A stretch of DNA of 64,000 nucleotides. Origin: a virus (taxonomy: Duplodnaviria > Caudoviricetes). How positions within the stretch are numbered: the first letter of the stretch is position 1; the number at the start of each line of letters is the position of its first letter. Below are positions 57,859 through 64,000 of this stretch, piece by piece. The stretch is taken from the IMG/VR virus record IMGVR_UViG_3300035498_000621, positions 1 through 64,000 of that record. The stretch is one strand, 5' to 3'. The notes under the pieces are model-generated. The model made no database searches and was not told the origin of the DNA. It saw only the letters and a list, made by a program, of their open reading frames with translations. The position numbers were made by a program, and so were the translations under genes.

Positions 57859-58763
57859 GAATAATTCATTCTGACGTAAAAATATTACCACAAAAACCTG
57901 GACTTCAGGGTATTTATGAACAAATAGAACTTGCTGCAAGAAATTGTTATAAGTCTGAAGGACTTATTAAATATGATGATAATTGTAATTCTACTACTGC
58001 AAAAGATTTTGTTGATAAAATAGTTAATGTTTATAAGCATCGCAGTGTTGCAGAACATGGAACTGTATATCTTAAAATTTATGGTAATAAAGGTACAGCT
58101 CATGCCTATATGAATAATCCTTATAGTAAAGTAATAGAAAAACTTGAATATGAAGATTTAATGAATGCGTATGGAAAACGTACTTATTATATTACTACTA
58201 ATTATCGTGTAATTCTTGAAAATCATTGGGAAAATGATTTACAATATTTATGTGAACCTACAGAATTTCATGAAAAAAGAGTAACTGTAAGAGTTACATG
58301 TCCTATTTCAGTATCTAGAGAGTGGAATAGGCATAGAACGCTTTCTGTAAGTGAACAAAGTACAAGATATTGTAATTTTACTAAGGATAAATTTCAAAAT
58401 GAACTTACTTTTTGTGCTCCCTATTGGGCAGTTACATTACTTGCTCATTCTCCATTTACTGTTAGAAATATAGGAGAAAGAACAAATATAGAAACAAAAT
58501 TACCACAAGATGAATTACATCTTTTCTTAAAAATGATAGAAACAGAAGTAAGTTATTTATATCTAGTTACAGAATTAGGATTACAACCACAAGAAGCTAG
58601 AGAATTTCTTCTTTTATGTACAGCTACTGAAGTAATATATACAGGTTTTGTAAGTGATTGGAAGCATTTCTTTGAATTGAGAACTGCCACAAATGCACAC
58701 CCTGATATAAAAAAGATAGCTGATTTTTTACAAGAACAATTTAAAGATAAACATTTACTATGA
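57855..58763 (+). CDS. thyX: FAD-dependent thymidylate synthase
   Basis: HRSVAEH, RHRTLSVSEQSTRY (RHRx7S), QEAR, FFELR...AHP. Confidence 0.93.
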   Translation: MRIIHSDVKILPQKPGLQGIYEQIELAARNCYKSEGLIKYDDNCNSTTAKDFVDKIVNVYKHRSVAEHGTVYLKIYGNKGTAHAYMNNPYSKVIEKLEYEDLMNAYGKRTYYITTNYRVILENHWENDLQYLCEPTEFHEKRVTVRVTCPISVSREWNRHRTLSVSEQSTRYCNFTKDKFQNELTFCAPYWAVTLLAHSPFTVRNIGERTNIETKLPQDELHLFLKMIETEVSYLYLVTELGLQPQEAREFLLLCTATEVIYTGFVSDWKHFFELRTATNAHPDIKKIADFLQEQFKDKHLL

Positions 58764-59068
58764 GAGCTTTTAATGTTATTATAGAAGATTTTAACAAAAA
58801 GGAATTTATCCCTTATGATGTTATGCCTTATTTTGAAAAGTGTTATAAAGAAGCCAAAGAAAAACCTATAACACTTGAAGAATGTACTAAATTTATAGAT
58901 AGTAAAGCTAAATATAGATTTTGGAGTAGATGTGAATATGAAATAGTTCTTACAAGCTTTCCTTCAGGAAAAATTAAAGAAAAGATTGATGTATATTCAC
59001 AAATAAAACTAAATCTTGAAGTTATAACTGAACTATTTATGGAAGATTTAAAAATTAAAAAGAAATGA
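58760..59068 (+). CDS. Hypothetical phage protein
   Basis: FWSRCEYEI..KIDVY. Confidence 0.75.
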   Translation: MRAFNVIIEDFNKKEFIPYDVMPYFEKCYKEAKEKPITLEECTKFIDSKAKYRFWSRCEYEIVLTSFPSGKIKEKIDVYSQIKLNLEVITELFMEDLKIKKK

Positions 59069-59433
59069 GTTTAGACGTATATTTATTTAAACATAAACAA
59101 CAAATAAATAATAATGATTATGATGATATAATTAATACAGATGATTCTGAATTATATTCAGCTAATATTACTCATAATCTAGGCGAAATGGCTGAAAAAG
59201 CTGGTATATATCAAGCTTTATGGAGGCCTGAAGAAATAAATGCAATTCAAGCAAAAGATATTATTAATATAGTAGAAAAAGGATTACAAGAATTAATTAT
59301 GAAACCTAGTTATTATAAACAATTTGATAGTCCAAATGGCTGGGGTGTTTATGAGCATTTTGTACCTTTTGTAGCTAAATATCTTGAAGCTTTAAAACAA
59401 TATCCAAATTCTTATATTTATATATCACGATGA
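59065..59433 (+). CDS. Hypothetical phage protein
   Basis: NITHNL...PNGWG. Confidence 0.75.
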   Translation: MSLDVYLFKHKQQINNNDYDDIINTDDSELYSANITHNLGEMAEKAGIYQALWRPEEINAIQAKDIINIVEKGLQELIMKPSYYKQFDSPNGWGVYEHFVPFVAKYLEALKQYPNSYIYISR

Positions 59434-59804
59434 AAACAAAAAATATTATTTTAACAATAGTAGTAGCAATAATAGGAATAATTGGTTTAGCGATTGGTAT
59501 TCCTAGTTATAATGTTTGGTCTCAAGAAATGTCAGGTAAAGCTGAATTTGCTAAAGCTGAACAAAATAGACGTATTAAAATTGAGGAAGCAAAAGCCAAT
59601 CTTGAGGCAGAAAAACTTAATGCGCAAGCCGAAGTAGAACGCGCTAAAGGTGCTGCCCAAGCTATAGAAATTGAAAATGGTAGTATTACACCAACTTATA
59701 TTCAATATCTTTGGGTAAGACAACAAAATTTAAATCAAGGAGATAAAATTATTTATATTCCCACTGAAACAGGTCTTCCAATTTTAGAAGCAGGACATAA
59801 TTAA
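59430..59804 (+). CDS. Membrane protein, SPFH/band-7-like coiled coil
   Basis: TM followed by AE-rich coil, IYIPTETGLPILEA. Confidence 0.7.
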   Translation: MKTKNIILTIVVAIIGIIGLAIGIPSYNVWSQEMSGKAEFAKAEQNRRIKIEEAKANLEAEKLNAQAEVERAKGAAQAIEIENGSITPTYIQYLWVRQQNLNQGDKIIYIPTETGLPILEAGHN

Positions 59805-59808
59805 AATT

Positions 59809-60015
59809 ATGGAACACGATAATCGAAGAACAATAACAGATAATTTACATAAATATGATTATCTTGCTAAAGAAGATGATCGAATTGAAATATGTGAATG
59901 GATTAATGGAGACGGATATGATATTTCTATCAATGATTCTAAAATTATATCTCTTACTAGAGGAGAAATTGATGCAATTGATTATCTTGTAAAAACATTA
60001 AATTATGAAAATTAA
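59809..60015 (+). CDS. Hypothetical protein
   Basis: 68 aa. Confidence 0.65.
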   Translation: MEHDNRRTITDNLHKYDYLAKEDDRIEICEWINGDGYDISINDSKIISLTRGEIDAIDYLVKTLNYEN

Positions 60016-60616
60016 AAATATATTAAAGAAATTTTCTTTTCCTTGGTATACTTCTCATGATGGTAAAAGAAATTATATTGGATTTTGGATAGAAAATCCA
60101 TTAGCTACATGGTGGAAAGCAAGAAAATATTTTAAACGTCCAAAAATTAGTATTCATTTCTTTAGTAAAATACGTTATAATTGTCCATATATTAATTCTA
60201 AATATGTTGGAAAAATATTAGAAATTTCTATACACGATTTAATGTGGAAAGATAAATTTAATAGTCCAAGACATGAAAGAAATCCATATATTTGGGTATG
60301 TTTCTTTAGAAAATTTGGATTTTCAATTAATTTTGATGTATATTATAAAGATGAATTTGGCATTAAACAAAATGGAGATACTTATTATTGGGAATATCTT
60401 CTAGAATGGCTATATTATAAAGAAAAGAAAACTTTAAGATGTTATTCTGCATGGCAATATGATTCTAAGTTATATAGACTTAGAAATAAATATGGAAAAG
60501 CTGAAGATGGATCTGAAGATACATTTTCTCCATTTAAAATGATTATTCCATGTGTTGAAATGTCTTTAACTAAAAAAGGATCTAAAGAACTTAAACGAGA
60601 AATAGAAAATGGCTAA
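60005..60616 (+). CDS. Hypothetical protein
   Basis: 203 aa, aromatic-rich. Confidence 0.7.
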   Translation: MKIKNILKKFSFPWYTSHDGKRNYIGFWIENPLATWWKARKYFKRPKISIHFFSKIRYNCPYINSKYVGKILEISIHDLMWKDKFNSPRHERNPYIWVCFFRKFGFSINFDVYYKDEFGIKQNGDTYYWEYLLEWLYYKEKKTLRCYSAWQYDSKLYRLRNKYGKAEDGSEDTFSPFKMIIPCVEMSLTKKGSKELKREIENG

Positions 60617-60905
60617 TATCTGTAATAATGAATTTTATGCTTATTCTGAAGATTCTAGAAATATAGAATTTATTAATAAATTTTTTGAAAAATATTTTTC
60701 ATTTTATGATGAATATGATGAATCTGATGAATATATAAATATTAGATTTGATTCTAAATGGACATTTCCTGAAGATTTAATGGAAGAACTACGAAAAGGT
60801 ATTCCAAATAAAGATGATATTTATATGCGATGTATGTCTATAGAATATGGCTGTTTATATCATGAATTATGGGTTTGTGAAGGTGAAACTTGGGACAGTG
60901 TATGA
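60609..60905 (+). CDS. Hypothetical protein
   Basis: MANICNN...FDSKW. Confidence 0.7.
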   Translation: MANICNNEFYAYSEDSRNIEFINKFFEKYFSFYDEYDESDEYINIRFDSKWTFPEDLMEELRKGIPNKDDIYMRCMSIEYGCLYHELWVCEGETWDSV

Positions 60906-61441
60906 CAATTAATTCAAATGAAGCTATTAAAATCGGATTGTTTTTAAAACAAAATGGTTGGTATAAATATATTAAAACTGAAAAGGGAACTTTATGGCGA
61001 CATCATTTTAGTAATTTATATATTACTTCTTTAGATGGACGATTTAGTATTAATAAACATAAAATATTTCCTTATTATAAACAATCTGTAACTACTTTTA
61101 ATTCCTTCTATACTAAATATGTAGAAGGAATTAGAAGTGAATTAAAAATTATTTATGGTGTAAATGAATCATTTTATCATTGTACTGAATGTGGAATAAT
61201 AATTGATGATAGCATACCTATATCTCCATTTTTTAAAAAGAAAAAAGATTGTTTAAATTATATTAATATTCATGAATCTATTAGTAGTAATAGTATATTA
61301 ATTCCAAATATTTATTCTGTATATGATAGATATGATGAAAATGCACCAGGTGTATTTCTTATGGATCAAATAAAAAATGAATATTTAGATAAATTAAATG
61401 ATGACATTAAACAACCTTTTTATCAAAATTTAATGAAATGA
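60902..61441 (+). CDS. Hypothetical protein
   Basis: About 179 aa, coupled. Confidence 0.65.
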   Translation: MTINSNEAIKIGLFLKQNGWYKYIKTEKGTLWRHHFSNLYITSLDGRFSINKHKIFPYYKQSVTTFNSFYTKYVEGIRSELKIIYGVNESFYHCTECGIIIDDSIPISPFFKKKKDCLNYINIHESISSNSILIPNIYSVYDRYDENAPGVFLMDQIKNEYLDKLNDDIKQPFYQNLMK

Positions 61442-62127
61442 AAATATATGCTTTATCAGATCTTCATGGAACTTTACTTCCTGTAGAAGATTATTTTAAA
61501 CCTTGCGAATTAGTTTGTATATGTGGAGATATTTCACCATTAAATATACAAGGTAATTATACACAAATGAGATATTGGTTAGTAAATAAATTTAAACCTT
61601 GGTGTGAATCATTACCATGTGATAAAGTTATATTTATAGCTGGAAATCATGATTTTGGTTGTTCTAATCTTGATTTTATGTATACGTTATTTCCTAAAGA
61701 TAAAAAAGTAACTTATCTTTTTCATGAAAATTATGTTTATACATCTAAATCTGGTAAAGAATATTCTATATTTGGAACTCCATATTGTAAATTATTTGGT
61801 AATTGGGCATTTATGGAAATAGATGAAATACTTGATAAATTATATCAAGATATACCTGAAAATCTTGATATACTTTTAACTCACGATCAACCATTTGGTT
61901 GGGGCGATGTTTTATTTGATAATGTAGTATGGAATACAGGAGAACATATTGGAAATAAGCCTCTTGCAAAAGCAATTATACAAAAACAACCAAAATATTT
62001 ATTTGTTGGGCATTTACATAGTACAGATCATTCTTGTATTGAAATTGGAGAAACTAAAAGGTATAATGTAAGTATAAAAAATGAAAAATATGATCCCGTT
62101 TATGATCCATTGTTTTTAGAAATATGA
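61438..62127 (+). CDS. Metallophosphoesterase
   Basis: SDLHG, CGDI, AGNHD, LTH, GHLH. Confidence 0.9.
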   Translation: MKIYALSDLHGTLLPVEDYFKPCELVCICGDISPLNIQGNYTQMRYWLVNKFKPWCESLPCDKVIFIAGNHDFGCSNLDFMYTLFPKDKKVTYLFHENYVYTSKSGKEYSIFGTPYCKLFGNWAFMEIDEILDKLYQDIPENLDILLTHDQPFGWGDVLFDNVVWNTGEHIGNKPLAKAIIQKQPKYLFVGHLHSTDHSCIEIGETKRYNVSIKNEKYDPVYDPLFLEI

Positions 62128-62324
62128 TGCAAACAGCTACTATATTATCACCTGATGAATCCTGCGTTTTAGGAGTTTTCTATGAAAATGGAAAATTCTA
62201 CGCAGGATATATTTCTAATTCTGGAGTAAATAAAGAATGGAATATAGATTACGATAAAGATTTTACATTTGATGAAAATTTACAATCATTATACGAAATA
62301 ATTGAAAATGATTACCGCAAATGA
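62124..62324 (+). CDS. Hypothetical protein
   Basis: 66 aa. Confidence 0.6.
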   Translation: MMQTATILSPDESCVLGVFYENGKFYAGYISNSGVNKEWNIDYDKDFTFDENLQSLYEIIENDYRK

Positions 62325-62547
62325 ACTTCATGATATTGCATATTCAGTTAAAAATTGTTTTCCAGATGAATATTTAGATCAATTAGAAAATATATTAATT
62401 GAACGTGCTAAAAAAGGATATACATCATATAGATATTCTTTATCTACTTTTAATGAAAATCAAATATCTGATCTTGAAGAAACTCTTAACTATCATGGAT
62501 ATTCAGTAACAGAATATGATAAACAAATTGTAATTGATTGGGATTAG
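62302..62547 (+). CDS. Hypothetical protein (ends in TAG)
   Basis: 81 aa. Confidence 0.65.
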   Translation: MKMITANELHDIAYSVKNCFPDEYLDQLENILIERAKKGYTSYRYSLSTFNENQISDLEETLNYHGYSVTEYDKQIVIDWD

Positions 62548-62548
62548 T

Positions 62549-62785
62549 ATGAATCAAATATATCAAATGAAAATTAGTTTTGATGAAACTAATTGGTATC
62601 AACTTGAATGGCTAAATATAGAATTTAGAAAATTTGATGAAACTATAAAAAATTGTAACAATATTGAAGAATTAGAATCTAAAATATTAACATCTTTTCC
62701 TAAATCAGAATTAAAATATGAATTTTTAGGTAAAAGAGAGAAAAAGATGTTTAAAGAATCTAAGAAAACTAAGAAAAAGAAATAA
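62549..62785 (+). CDS. Hypothetical protein
   Basis: About 78 aa. Confidence 0.55.
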   Translation: MNQIYQMKISFDETNWYQLEWLNIEFRKFDETIKNCNNIEELESKILTSFPKSELKYEFLGKREKKMFKESKKTKKKK

Positions 62786-62796
62786 ATTTTATTATT

Positions 62797-63204
62797 ATGA
62801 ATAAATATATAATGGTGTCTTGGCCAGAAATTCAAAACTATATGGGGAATCCTAGATGGAAAGAGTGCATCTTTTGTCAAGAAATTGAAGGGCACCCTTG
62901 TCCTGATAATTCATATATGGTTCCTGAAGATTTATATAAAGAAGTAGAAACAATTAAACTTTATCCTGCTGAATTTGATTTACCTATTGGTCATCTTCGT
63001 ATAACAATTGATGGAATAGAACTTGATGGAATAAAATATACTAGAGATGAAAATCAACTTAATAATGGTTCAGAAGTAATTTTATATTCTCCAAATAAAG
63101 GTTATTGGACTACTACTTGTACTTCTTATTCATATGGATTTCCTCCAATTTTTGAAGATAATTCTACATTAATTGATGCTGAAATTCTTGGAATAAAACT
63201 TTAA
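62797..63204 (+). CDS. Hypothetical protein
   Basis: 135 aa. Confidence 0.7.
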   Translation: MNKYIMVSWPEIQNYMGNPRWKECIFCQEIEGHPCPDNSYMVPEDLYKEVETIKLYPAEFDLPIGHLRITIDGIELDGIKYTRDENQLNNGSEVILYSPNKGYWTTTCTSYSYGFPPIFEDNSTLIDAEILGIKL

Positions 63205-63513
63205 ATGAAAAATAAAAAAGATATAATAAATCAATATTTAGAGACTCATACAGAAGATTTAGAGTCAAAATGTACGAGTAATCAAAAACATCAAAAAAAT
63301 CAATCTGCAAGTCTGATAGATATTGAAGAAATAGAATATCGACTATATAACTGGGCAGATGAACTTTATTTTATGGACTATTCTGGAACTGGAATTCCAA
63401 AAATTACTATTCCAGAAAAAGGAGTAGAAAATGCAATTAAGTTTTTAAATTCTATATTTCCAACTATTGATAATAAAATAATTTCTGAAATCGTTAAAAA
63501 ATATACTATATGA
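63205..63513 (+). CDS. Hypothetical protein
   Basis: 102 aa. Confidence 0.65.
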   Translation: MKNKKDIINQYLETHTEDLESKCTSNQKHQKNQSASLIDIEEIEYRLYNWADELYFMDYSGTGIPKITIPEKGVENAIKFLNSIFPTIDNKIISEIVKKYTI

Positions 63514-63971
63514 AATATAAATGTATATCTAAATGTTTTATGGAAGATTCTACAATTATGAGTCCTGGTGATTTTATTACAACAGATGGTAATAAACTTT
63601 ATAATATTACTACAGGATTGTCTTATAATAATATTCCTAATATTAATAATCTTAAATATTGTTTAGAAGCAGTTACAGATGAACCTATTTCAAATTATAA
63701 AACTGATTATGATCTTTTTGTTGATATAACTAAAAATATGTCAGAAACATTTAAAAAGAAGAATCATGATTATGGAAATAGTTTTGAAGAATCTTTAAAT
63801 GAAGAAGGTCTTGCTGCATCTAGAATTAGAATTGGAGATAAATGGAATAGATATAAAACATTATCTAAAGGAATTCAAAAACAAGTAAATGATGAATCCA
63901 TTAGAGATACTTTATTGGATATGGCAAATTATGCTATAATGACAGTAATGTGGCTTGATAAACAAAAATAA
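63510..63971 (+). CDS. DUF1599 / nucleotide-modification-associated domain protein
   Basis: KKNHDYGNSF...RIGDKWNR...ESIRDTLLDMANYAIM. Confidence 0.8.
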   Translation: MKYKCISKCFMEDSTIMSPGDFITTDGNKLYNITTGLSYNNIPNINNLKYCLEAVTDEPISNYKTDYDLFVDITKNMSETFKKKNHDYGNSFEESLNEEGLAASRIRIGDKWNRYKTLSKGIQKQVNDESIRDTLLDMANYAIMTVMWLDKQK

Positions 63972-64000
63972 ATAGTAAAGGCATACAGCTTAGGATCAAT

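Noticed and set aside
5713-62895. Other minus-strand and nested alternate-frame ORFs in the track
   Set aside because: Shadows of well-supported plus-strand genes

Overview
AT-rich, almost entirely plus-strand segment of a large Bacteroidota phage, most consistent with a crAss-like (Crassvirales) genome. Evidence: Bacteroidetes-type TTTG...TAnnTTTG promoters, a Bacteroidetes-like OmpA and sigma70, and a PolB/primase/DnaB/SF2-helicase/AAA replication module. From about 22 to 64 kb the window is a dense replication and nucleotide-metabolism region (rnhA, helicases, primase, nucleases, nrdDG, dut, DNA ligase, RNA ligase, sigma70, PolB, thyX, phosphoesterases). From 1 to 21 kb it is an RNA-rich accessory region that the ORF track largely misses. 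It holds three hammerhead ribozymes, each heading a small ORF, many H-type pseudoknots and tRNA-like elements, and 13 tRNA genes. One tRNA, tRNA-Lys(UUU), is split in the anticodon by a group I intron carrying an HNH endonuclease. Three genes are intact only if TAG is read as sense (probably Gln, genetic code 15). Four dispersed copies of a covarying small-RNA element (AGAAwwCwT-ACAGCAA...AwGwwTTCTG) flank a Ro60/TROVE-like vWA (DUF2828-like) gene. That last combination is my best candidate for an undescribed phage ribonucleoprotein system. All family assignments come from motif recognition by eye; no database search was run.
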